Origin: Phycisphaerales bacterium UBA5793
GTDB lineage: Bacteria > Planctomycetota > Phycisphaerae > Phycisphaerales > UBA5793
Length of the DNA stretch: 64,000 bases
Direction of reading: 5' to 3'
NCBI GenBank assembly: GCA_002418285.1
Contig: DIDT01000032.1
Coordinates: forward strand, 78,737 to 142,736
A model generated the notes under the pieces. That model was not told the origin of the DNA. It saw only the letters and a program-made list of their open reading frames with translations, and searched no databases. Both the position numbers and the translations under genes were made by a program. Shown here piece after piece: positions 7,933 to 15,991 of the stretch (position 1 is its first letter; the number at the start of each line of letters is the position of its first letter).

Positions 7933-8955
7933 GTGAATGGAATCTATCTCATTCTGGCTGGACTTGCTGCGCTGGCTGTCGTGTGGTGGCCGCAGCACGG
8001 GCTCTGGGCGCGATGGCGCTCGGCGCAGAGACTGTCTCGTCGCATTCGACAGGAGGATGCCCTCAAGCATCTTCTCAAGAGTGAAGCGAACGGTCGCGTG
8101 GCAACACTAAACAGTCTGGCGGGGAAGTTGCACATCACGACGGGAAATGCGGCTCGGCTGCTCGAGGAACTGGAGGAGCGTGAGTTGCTGACGTTTGCAG
8201 GCGGACAACTGCGCCTCAAGCCGGCCGGTCGTGAAATGGGACTGCACATCGTTCGTGCGCATCGCCTCTGGGAAAGTTACCTTGCGGAACACACCGGCAT
8301 CGCCGAGCGTAAGTGGCACCTGCTCGCGGAGGAGCAGGAGCACAAGCTAACGCCGGAGCAAGCCGATGTACTCGCGGCGAAGTTGGGCTATCCCACCCGT
8401 GATCCGCATGGCGATGTGATTCCACGTTCGGATGGTCCATTGGAAGGGGAGTCCGGCCGCTCGCTCAATTCCGTCGAGCCAGATACGCCGGTGCTGATCA
8501 CGCACATCGAGGACGAGCCGGACGCGGTTTACCGTCAGATCGTGGCGGAGGGACTGTCTTCGGGAATGAAGGCGTTCGTCATCGAGAGATCTCCCGCGCG
8601 AATTCGCTTTTGGGCGGATGGCAATGAACATATTCTCGCGCCCGTCCTGGCAGAGAATATCTCCGTCAATCTCCTGCCCGAGTTCCGCACGGAAGACCTT
8701 GCTGAAGGCGAGTACCTCTCAGGACTGCGGCCGGGGGCCCGCGCGCAGGTGGTGGGACTGTCACCCGCGTGTCGCGGACAGGAGCGGCGTCGGTTGCTGG
8801 ATCTGGGTTTTGTGCCCGGTTCGGTGGTCGAGGTGGAGATGGTGAGTCCGGCGGGTGATCCGACGGCGTATCGCGTGCTCGGCTCGGTCGTCGCGCTGAG
8901 GCGACAGCAGGCCGATCTGATTCGGGTCAACTTGAACGAGGCGGTCAGCGCATGA
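7933..8955 (+). CDS. Membrane-anchored DtxR-like metal sensor fused to two FeoA/SH3-like modules
   Basis: The track gives 7870 (TTG). I prefer the in-frame GTG at 7933, which opens on the hydrophobic helix [18 protein letters not shown], but the start is uncertain. DtxR wHTH: [31 protein letters not shown]. Metal-ligand pattern: HRLWE...[10 protein letters not shown]...DPHGDVIP. Two FeoA-like modules follow ([10 protein letters not shown]...[22 protein letters not shown] and ARAQVVGLS...[42 protein letters not shown]). The stop overlaps the next ATG (ATGA at 8952-8955). Confidence 0.8.
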   Translation: MNGIYLILAGLAALAVVWWPQHGLWARWRSAQRLSRRIRQEDALKHLLKSEANGRVATLNSLAGKLHITTGNAARLLEELEERELLTFAGGQLRLKPAGREMGLHIVRAHRLWESYLAEHTGIAERKWHLLAEEQEHKLTPEQADVLAAKLGYPTRDPHGDVIPRSDGPLEGESGRSLNSVEPDTPVLITHIEDEPDAVYRQIVAEGLSSGMKAFVIERSPARIRFWADGNEHILAPVLAENISVNLLPEFRTEDLAEGEYLSGLRPGARAQVVGLSPACRGQERRRLLDLGFVPGSVVEVEMVSPAGDPTAYRVLGSVVALRRQQADLIRVNLNEAVSA

Positions 8956-9815
8956 GCGATACGACTTCTTCCTCATCCTCCGTCCACCTTCCACTCGCGG
9001 CAGATCCATTGGCGCCGGCGAAAGATGCATGCGCCTCGTGCAGCGTCTACCGCGCTGCCAATCTCAAGCGACTTGGCGTGTCGATGGATTCGTGGGACTT
9101 CGTGATTGCACTCGCCGGCAACCCGAACACCGGAAAGAGCACCGTGTTCAACGCGCTGACCGGTCTGCGACAGCACACGGGCAACTGGCCGGGAAAGACG
9201 GTGGCGCGCGCGGAAGGGGGATACGAGTATGCAGGCAAGCGCTACAAGTTGGTGGACCTGCCCGGCACGTACTCGTTGCTCTCGACGAGTCTGGATGAGC
9301 AGATTGCTCGCGATTTTATTCTCTTCGGACAGCCGGATGTGACGGTGATCGTCGCCGATGCGACGCGGCTGGAGCGCAATCTGAATCTTGTCCTGCAGAT
9401 TCTCGAGATTACGGATCGCGCGGTTGTGTGTCTGAATCTCATGGATGAAGCAAAGCGGCACGGAATCGTGGTAGACGAACGGCAACTCGCGCGCGACCTG
9501 GGGGTGCCGGTCGTGCCTACGTCGGCCCGGTACAGCCGAGGCCTGCCGGAGCTGCTGCAGGCCATCAACGAAGTGGCAACGGGGGAGTACATCTGTCGAC
9601 CCCAGCGCCTCGAAACTGAACCTGAGGTCATCAAGGCGCCGCTGGCCGATCTGCTCGGCCGACTCAAGGCGGCGTTTCCCGCGCTTCCGAATCCGCGCTG
9701 GGTGGCGCTGCGCCTGCTCGGCGGGGACGAGTCCATGATCGAAGCGCTGCGCAGCGGACAACTCGGCACACTGCAGGCCCTGACGGCAGGAAATCTCGAT
9801 CAAGTCCGGAATTGA
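8952..9815 (+). CDS. feoB: FeoB N-terminal piece: GTPase (G) domain plus part of the helical domain, as a separate ORF
   Basis: G1 [10 protein letters not shown]3 DLPGTYS, G4 NLMD, then [12 protein letters not shown] of the helical domain. The ORF ends at TGA 9813-9815. Confidence 0.9.
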   Translation: MSDTTSSSSSVHLPLAADPLAPAKDACASCSVYRAANLKRLGVSMDSWDFVIALAGNPNTGKSTVFNALTGLRQHTGNWPGKTVARAEGGYEYAGKRYKLVDLPGTYSLLSTSLDEQIARDFILFGQPDVTVIVADATRLERNLNLVLQILEITDRAVVCLNLMDEAKRHGIVVDERQLARDLGVPVVPTSARYSRGLPELLQAINEVATGEYICRPQRLETEPEVIKAPLADLLGRLKAAFPALPNPRWVALRLLGGDESMIEALRSGQLGTLQALTAGNLDQVRN

Positions 9816-9819
9816 CATT

Positions 9820-11292
9820 GTGATGAACGAGAACGCAACCACTTCCAACTCGAGCACCGCGCCGGCCATCGCACTGTCACCGCAGGCCGAGGCGATCATT
9901 GCTGCGGCGCAGCAGTGGCGACAGCACATCCCCGGTGACCTGCACGAACACGTGGTGGAGGCGGTTTACGGCCAGGCGGCGCGGATTGCGGAACGATCCG
10001 TGTCACGCTCGGGTCAGGCCGCGCAACCCACGTTTGACCGAACGCTGGATCGCGTTCTTACGAGCAAGATCTGGGGTTTTCCCATCATGATCCTCCTGTT
10101 CGCGGTCATGTTCTGGATCACGATCGCGGGAGCGAATGTGCCTTCGAGTTGGCTTGCATCGATTCTGATCGAACACGGACATCCATGGCTCAAGGGTCTG
10201 TTTGAAACGGTCGGCTCGCCGTGGTGGCTCACCGGACTGCTTGTGGACGGCATTTACCTCGCCACCGCGTGGGTCATCAGTGTGATGCTTCCGCCTATGG
10301 CGATTTTCTTTCCAATGTTCACGCTGCTGGAAGATCTTGGATACCTGCCGCGCGTGGCGTTCAGTCTGGACCGATTGTTCAAGGCGTCTGGTGGTCACGG
10401 TAAGCAGGCGATGACGACGATGATGGGATTCGGCTGCAACGCGGCTGGCGTCATCGCCACGCGCATCATCGACAGCCCGCGCGAACGACTGCTGGCAATC
10501 CTCACGAATAACTTCGCGCTGTGCAACGGGCGCTGGCCCACGCAATTTCTGATTGCGACCGTGTTCCTCGGCTCGCTGGTGCCGGCAGCGCTTGCGGGCC
10601 TGGTGTCAGCAGCAGCCGTTACAGGTGTCGCGATGTTTGGTGTGCTGCTGACGTTTCTCGTGGGCTGGATGCTCTCAAGGACGGTACTCAAGGGCGAAGT
10701 GAGTACGTTCAGCCTGGAATTACCTCCGTACCGCCCGCCTCGAATCTGGCGGACGATCTACACCTCGCTGATCGATCGCACACTGTTCGTGCTGTGGCGG
10801 GCGGTGGTCTTTGCCCTGCCGGCGGGCGCGGTGATCTGGCTCGTCGCGAACGTTCATGTCGGTGGCGACAGTCTCGCCGGACACTTCATTCACCTGACCG
10901 ATCCTGTCGCCATGCTCATCGGACTCAATGGGGTGATCCTGCTCGCGTACATCATTGCCATCCCCGCTAATGAGATTGTCATTCCCACCGTTCTGATGTT
11001 GACCGCCATGGTTACGGGTGCTGAACACGTGGGTGCGGGCGCCGGTGTCATGTTCGAACTTGATTCCAACGATGCCGTTCGCCAACTGCTCACCGCGGGC
11101 GGATGGACGACACTCACCGCCGTCAACCTGATGCTCTTCAGCTTGATGCACAACCCATGCAGCACCACGATTTATACCATTTACAAGGAAACCGGCAGCG
11201 CCAAGTGGACGGTGGTGGCCACGTTGATGCCGATTGTCATCGGCGTTGGCGTGTGTGGTCTGGTGGCTGGCGTTTGGCGCTTACTGGCGTGA
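9820..11292 (+). CDS. feoB: FeoB C-terminal piece: linker helix plus polytopic membrane (gate/nucleoside-recognition) domains
   Basis: GTG 9820 or ATG 9823, in a different frame from 8952..9815. It aligns by eye with the C-terminal two thirds of the full-length FeoB at 50621..52702. Examples: DRTLDRVLTSKIWGFPIMILLF vs ERLDKAFTHPVLGLLIFAG, and EDLGYLPRVAFSLDRLFK vs EDTGYLARAAFVMDRIMC. Confidence 0.9.
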   Translation: MMNENATTSNSSTAPAIALSPQAEAIIAAAQQWRQHIPGDLHEHVVEAVYGQAARIAERSVSRSGQAAQPTFDRTLDRVLTSKIWGFPIMILLFAVMFWITIAGANVPSSWLASILIEHGHPWLKGLFETVGSPWWLTGLLVDGIYLATAWVISVMLPPMAIFFPMFTLLEDLGYLPRVAFSLDRLFKASGGHGKQAMTTMMGFGCNAAGVIATRIIDSPRERLLAILTNNFALCNGRWPTQFLIATVFLGSLVPAALAGLVSAAAVTGVAMFGVLLTFLVGWMLSRTVLKGEVSTFSLELPPYRPPRIWRTIYTSLIDRTLFVLWRAVVFALPAGAVIWLVANVHVGGDSLAGHFIHLTDPVAMLIGLNGVILLAYIIAIPANEIVIPTVLMLTAMVTGAEHVGAGAGVMFELDSNDAVRQLLTAGGWTTLTAVNLMLFSLMHNPCSTTIYTIYKETGSAKWTVVATLMPIVIGVGVCGLVAGVWRLLA

Positions 11293-11327
11293 TCAGCCTT
11301 CGGGCGCCGGATCTTTCGGGGCATGTG

Positions 11328-14165
11328 TTACTTGGTGGAGAGGTGGATGACCCCGTCGAAAAGTTCATCCGCATGGGTCCGGTAGCGCGCGATCTCCTGA
11401 AGATAGAGGGTGCTCACCTTTGATTCTCCATGTTCGGCGACGAGGTGCTCCCAGGCAGTCTGCGCCTCATCGAGCTTGCGGTCGCGATAGAGCCGCACCG
11501 CGTTGGCCGTCGCCTCGATGAGGGAGATGATCTCTTCGTCATCGGTGCCGGGTTCGACGGGGAGAACCTCAAACAACTCGACTGGCTTGGACTGCCCGAC
11601 CACGGTGATGAGCCCGATGGGGCGGCGGAGAATGTCCTTGCTGATCATGTCATTGGTGCGACCGTTGATGAGAATCGCCGTACCGAATTGCTTGTTGGCG
11701 GATTCAAGGCGCGCGGCGAGGTTGACCGAATCGCCGATGACCGTGAAGTCGCTGAACTCTGGCGGAGCGCCGCAGTCGCCCACCGTGACCAGTCCCGACG
11801 ACAGACCGAAGCGCATGGTCAGTCGCGGCTCACCCTGTCTGGCCGCATCGAGGTTGAGTTCCTCAATGCGCTGGACGCAAGCGATCGCCGCGCGGACGGC
11901 GCGGTCGGCGTGCGAGGCTTCCTCCTCGAACGCGCCCCAGAAGGCCATGAGTCCATCGCCGAGAAACTTGTTGACATATGCCGAGTGTTCCGTGAGCAGG
12001 GCGTTCATGCTGCCCATGTATTTATTGAGGATGGCGACGGTGGCTCGCGAGTCCATGGTTTCGGAAACCGTTGTGAATCCCGCGAGATCGCCAAAGAGGC
12101 AGGTGACTTCGCGCTGTGCGCCGCCCATATCGATGACGTCAGGATGTTCGAGCAGGTAGTCGAACAATCGTCGGTGGATTCGATTGCCGAATTGCCGCGT
12201 CAGGCGCGATCGCTCGCGGCGTTCGTGCAGGCCGCGCGCGAACGTTGAGCCGAACAGACCGACGAGAATGCCGGTCATGGGAGTCGCCAGCGGCACGAGC
12301 CAGTGCCAGGAGTCAAAGAGCAGAAACGCGTTGACGACCATGTATCCGAGGCCGACGACAAGCGCGAGCAGCAAACCCAGCAGCGGACGGATCGAACGGA
12401 TGCCGGCGACAAATGCCGCGAACGAACCGAGCACAAAGGTGAGCATCGCTCCGATCCAGAGTGGAGCCTCGTCGAATGCTTCGCCGGTCAGCACCATATT
12501 GGCCATCATCGCGTTGACGACGACGCCCGGCGTGAGCGGGCCGGCTGCGGTGGGGTACACGTCGCTGAGCGAACCCGTCGTGACCCAGCCGACGAACACG
12601 ATCTTGCCCCGCAACATCTGCTGCAGTCGATCCCGGGCCGCGAGGAGTTCCCGTTCTTCTCCATCGATCTTGGATTGAATCTGGTACCAACGCCACAGCG
12701 CCACCTCTTCCGAAGTGGGATTGTCGACGGGGGGCTGTGGATTGCCGTCCGGCGTTTCGCCCAGCACAAACCTGGCCTGGTCGATCAGTTGCGCTGTCAT
12801 CTCCGGCCGGCGCGCCGGGTCGTCCCAGTCATCGGGCGAAAATTCCGCTGGGGAAAGAAACGCCGTCGTCAGCTCGCTGCACAGCGCCTCGTATTCGGTT
12901 CGTTTTGCATGCAGCGCTGCCAGTTTGTCCTGCAGGTCGATCAGCACACCGATCGCGACGTGGCCCTGGGTCGGTGGATCGCTGTCGGCCTGACGCAACA
13001 GCCCGAGGGCGGCGTTCTGAGAACCGTGGACGACATGTCCGGTGAGAAGATTGAGCGGAGGCGAGCCGTCCTCGGTGCGAGGCCAGGCAATGAGCGTCGT
13101 GCCCTGGTCGAGTGGCAGGCGCGCCTGGCCAATCTCCACCGCATCGTCGTTGATTCTGATGTCCTTCCGATCCAGATGCAGATGCGCCATTGCTGCAGCC
13201 ACGCCAAGTTGCGGATAGATGTGGCCGCCAAACCCGATGACCGGCGGAATGCGTCGAACAGCTCCATCACGATCAGTCTCTGTGGTGACAAAGCCCGGAT
13301 GGCGCGCGGCGAGCGCTACCTCCATGATCGGAACCTCGATGTCGTCCGCCAGCCGCACCACCCCGGTTACACTCAACTCGGGCATCTTCGGCGCCAGGGC
13401 GCGCGTGACGTTGATTCGATCGACAACTTTGCGGATCACGCGATCCAGGCCCGGATCGCGCACACCCAGCAGGTTTTCTTCCGCCATGTGGCCAAGCACG
13501 GATTCGACGGTGAGCGGACCCGATCCGGTCAATTCCTTTGCAGCCTCCTCAATGGCCAGTTCGCGAAAGGACTGAAACCTCGCCTGCACACGCTGGGCGC
13601 GGGCGCCGTCAAGGCCGACCTGGTTGATCAGCGTGGTTGGATCGATCAGAATGTCACGCTTGAGCGCATCAATGACGTGCCGCAGCGCTGCGGCGCCCTC
13701 GGGTCCCTGCCACAGCGGGCCAAGCTGTTCCGTGGACTGCGGAAACTTGATCGCGATGACCGTGTCGGCCCCGGCGTCGCCGATCGCTTTGACCAGCGCC
13801 TGATCCTGCGCCGGGTCATCGAAATCCGGTTCGTCAAACAGGAGATCCAGAGCGATCACGCTCGGCTCGTAGGAATCGATGATCGAAATGGCGCGTCCGA
13901 TCAGCGAGCGCTTCCAGGGCCAGCGGCCATACGACTGCAATGAACTGTCGTCGATATCCACATGAACGATGCGATCGTTGGCGCGCGGCGGATTGAGGCG
14001 GCCGAAGCGAAAGAGGAAATCGCTCGCCAGACCCTCGGCGCGGTCGCTCCAGGACGGGATGGTGAGCATGTAGGCCGTTACGGCAGCGAGCAGTGAGCCG
14101 GTGAGCCATGGCATCAGTGAGCCACGGCCGGATCCTGCACCAAAGAATCGAAACCGCACTCCCAC
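11328..14165 (-). CDS. CHASE2 sensor-domain class III adenylate/guanylate cyclase with TPR-like C-terminal tail
   Basis: N-terminal TM helix, then a long periplasmic CHASE2-type region (IVHVDIDDSSL...WPWKRSLIGRAISII...VIALDLLFDEPD). Three TM helices follow (WIGAMLTFVLGSFAAFVAG...), then the cyclase core VTCLFGDLAGFTTVSE...KFLGDGLMAFWGAF...VIGDSVNLAARLES. Start is GTG 14165 or ATG 14114. Confidence 0.9.
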   Translation of the reverse strand: MGVRFRFFGAGSGRGSLMPWLTGSLLAAVTAYMLTIPSWSDRAEGLASDFLFRFGRLNPPRANDRIVHVDIDDSSLQSYGRWPWKRSLIGRAISIIDSYEPSVIALDLLFDEPDFDDPAQDQALVKAIGDAGADTVIAIKFPQSTEQLGPLWQGPEGAAALRHVIDALKRDILIDPTTLINQVGLDGARAQRVQARFQSFRELAIEEAAKELTGSGPLTVESVLGHMAEENLLGVRDPGLDRVIRKVVDRINVTRALAPKMPELSVTGVVRLADDIEVPIMEVALAARHPGFVTTETDRDGAVRRIPPVIGFGGHIYPQLGVAAAMAHLHLDRKDIRINDDAVEIGQARLPLDQGTTLIAWPRTEDGSPPLNLLTGHVVHGSQNAALGLLRQADSDPPTQGHVAIGVLIDLQDKLAALHAKRTEYEALCSELTTAFLSPAEFSPDDWDDPARRPEMTAQLIDQARFVLGETPDGNPQPPVDNPTSEEVALWRWYQIQSKIDGEERELLAARDRLQQMLRGKIVFVGWVTTGSLSDVYPTAAGPLTPGVVVNAMMANMVLTGEAFDEAPLWIGAMLTFVLGSFAAFVAGIRSIRPLLGLLLALVVGLGYMVVNAFLLFDSWHWLVPLATPMTGILVGLFGSTFARGLHERRERSRLTRQFGNRIHRRLFDYLLEHPDVIDMGGAQREVTCLFGDLAGFTTVSETMDSRATVAILNKYMGSMNALLTEHSAYVNKFLGDGLMAFWGAFEEEASHADRAVRAAIACVQRIEELNLDAARQGEPRLTMRFGLSSGLVTVGDCGAPPEFSDFTVIGDSVNLAARLESANKQFGTAILINGRTNDMISKDILRRPIGLITVVGQSKPVELFEVLPVEPGTDDEEIISLIEATANAVRLYRDRKLDEAQTAWEHLVAEHGESKVSTLYLQEIARYRTHADELFDGVIHLSTK

Positions 14166-14285
14166 CAGGTCCTCCGACGTGAAGCCGCTTGCAGCCCCGC
14201 GCGCGCCGGCGCCCGGTCCGTACGTTCACATCGGATGATTCAAGCCGCGAAGTGTCGCAATTTCCGCGACTGGCGCTTGCGGACG

Positions 14286-15359
14286 TCAGTTCCCGGGAGG
14301 GCCGTTGCCATAGCAGCCGCAACCGGAGCCCCGATCGTAATGCTGGATGAACTCCTGCAGCGTCTCGGTGTAGCCCTGCCGACCAAACGACTCGTCCAGC
14401 CCGATGTCGCGGAGCAGGTTCTGCCCATGCGTAACGATCATGGTGAGGAACTGGATCTCCTCCGGAGAGACCGCGCCCGCAAGCGGCAGGAAATAGGTGT
14501 GGGCAAAAGCTTCGAGCGACGGTAACTGGTGGTGATCAGTTGAGGCATCCTCGGCCGAGAGAGCCACCTTGATTGCGTTGAGATACGCGATCTCAATGGC
14601 GCGGATACGGTTGGTCGGCACGCCGAAGGCGCGGAAGCCGTCAATACCATCCCACACAATGCGCCAGCCGGTTCCTTTGACAGCCAGGGTGGCGCTCGGC
14701 GTCTTGATTTCAAAATCGTTCGACAGACCGACGTGATCGACCTTGACATCCGCCAGGCCATACTGCATGGTGACTCGGGTGCGCAGCGTGTCACCGGCCT
14801 GAATCATCTCGGGAAGGACGATGCGCGAGATGCGGTCGACCAGCATGGATGCGTTCATGCCGACGCGCAGCGTGACGGTCGAGTCCTTGCCGGTGCGGAT
14901 TTCCGATCCCGTGGCGAGGATGTCATTGATCGCCGCATTCTTCCAGGGCGACTGGGCATCGGGCCTCCACTGGGCGCGCGTGCCTTCCACTTTCATGATC
15001 ACCGCCTGAAGGATCTTCACTTCACCCTCAGGTAGCGGCGCGATCTTGGCGAGTTGATCACCGAGATCAATGCGCGGCAGGACAATGGCCTCGCCCACAA
15101 CGAGATTGTTCGGGTCCAGATCCGGATTCGCCTCGGCGATGTCCTTGGCGAACTCCTTGCTGCCGTACCACTTCTCCGAGATCGACTCGAGCGTATCGCC
15201 TTCGCGCAAGGTGTATTTGATTGGCTGATCTTCGAGAACAGTCTCTTCGGTCGGTTGGGTCGGGGCGGCGGGCTGCTCCTGGGCCAGCGTCAGGTTGTGC
15301 CCGAGGCTCAGCGCCAGCAGAAGGGAGAGGAGTGTGCGAAGTGGTTTGCCGATCATCAC
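14286..15359 (-). CDS. Secreted LysM domain + FecR-type domain protein
   Basis: Signal peptide MMIGKPLRTLLSLLLALSLGHNLTLAQ. LysM: YTLREGDTLESISEKWYGSKEFAKDIAEANPDLDPNNLVVGEAIVLP. FecR-like beta region: VIMKVEGTRAQWRPDAQSPWKNAAINDILATGSEIRTGKDSTVTLRVG. Confidence 0.8.
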   Translation of the reverse strand: MMIGKPLRTLLSLLLALSLGHNLTLAQEQPAAPTQPTEETVLEDQPIKYTLREGDTLESISEKWYGSKEFAKDIAEANPDLDPNNLVVGEAIVLPRIDLGDQLAKIAPLPEGEVKILQAVIMKVEGTRAQWRPDAQSPWKNAAINDILATGSEIRTGKDSTVTLRVGMNASMLVDRISRIVLPEMIQAGDTLRTRVTMQYGLADVKVDHVGLSNDFEIKTPSATLAVKGTGWRIVWDGIDGFRAFGVPTNRIRAIEIAYLNAIKVALSAEDASTDHHQLPSLEAFAHTYFLPLAGAVSPEEIQFLTMIVTHGQNLLRDIGLDESFGRQGYTETLQEFIQHYDRGSGCGCYGNGPPGN

Positions 15360-15394
15360 GAGTCATCCGTTCCCGCGCGTCAGCGCGCTGGAGG

Positions 15395-15991
15395 CTAGAA
15401 ATCCTGTCTGGGCGCTGAGACCAGTCCGGTGCGGCGATCCTGAATGCGCCCGATCGTTGCCATTAATTCGAGTCCTGAGAGGGCCTGGTTCTCCGATTTG
15501 CTCCCCATCAGTCCTTCGTAGTTCAGTTCGCGCAGCGCGTAGCGGGGTATCGGACCGAAAAGGTGCATGTTCACGCCGCCCTCGATGCCGGCCTCGATGC
15601 ACATGGCCCGCGCCATCCAGCCGATCTGGGCCGTCTCATTGGCGATCAGAGCTTCATTCGCGCCGATCCAGCCGCGCTGGCGCGCGATGGCCAGTTCGGC
15701 GTCGAATCCGGCCGAGGGTTCGGCATCGGCGTCGGCCTCCTCCATCTCCTCGTGATCCGCATCCGATTCGGGCAGTACTTCAAAGGTCAGCAGCAGGGCG
15801 TGCAGGGCGTCGCGATTGCTGACCGCATCCTGCATGGCGAGTTCATCCCAGAAATCGAGTTCGGAGGTCACATCGGCCCCGCCGTACGTGTCGGCGATCG
15901 AAGCCTCGAGCATGGTGCGGGTGCAACCGCAAAGCTGCAGCGATGCGCTCAAGCCGATCAAGAGCAGGATGGCGCGAAACTCAGAACGCAT
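15395..15991 (-). CDS. Lipoprotein of unknown function
   Basis: Lipobox MRSEFRAILLLIGLSASLQLCGC. An acidic linker is followed by a conserved-looking C-terminal half. Its ATG lies within the last 11 nt of the upstream barrel gene (ATGCGTTCTGA). Confidence 0.65.
   Translation of the reverse strand: MRSEFRAILLLIGLSASLQLCGCTRTMLEASIADTYGGADVTSELDFWDELAMQDAVSNRDALHALLLTFEVLPESDADHEEMEEADADAEPSAGFDAELAIARQRGWIGANEALIANETAQIGWMARAMCIEAGIEGGVNMHLFGPIPRYALRELNYEGLMGSKSENQALSGLELMATIGRIQDRRTGLVSAPRQDF

Noticed and set aside
9784-9825. Programmed ribosomal frameshift joining the two FeoB pieces
   Set aside because: There is no slippery heptamer and no obvious downstream stimulatory structure in the 30-nt overlap. 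A natural split, pseudogenisation or assembly error are simpler explanations (see finding).
12303-13943. 546-aa + strand ORF, plus other + ORFs at 11430-12678
   Set aside because: It mirrors the CHASE2 cyclase gene, whose cyclase and CHASE2 motifs are unambiguous on the minus strand. This is typical high-GC shadow composition (R, G, H, D rich).
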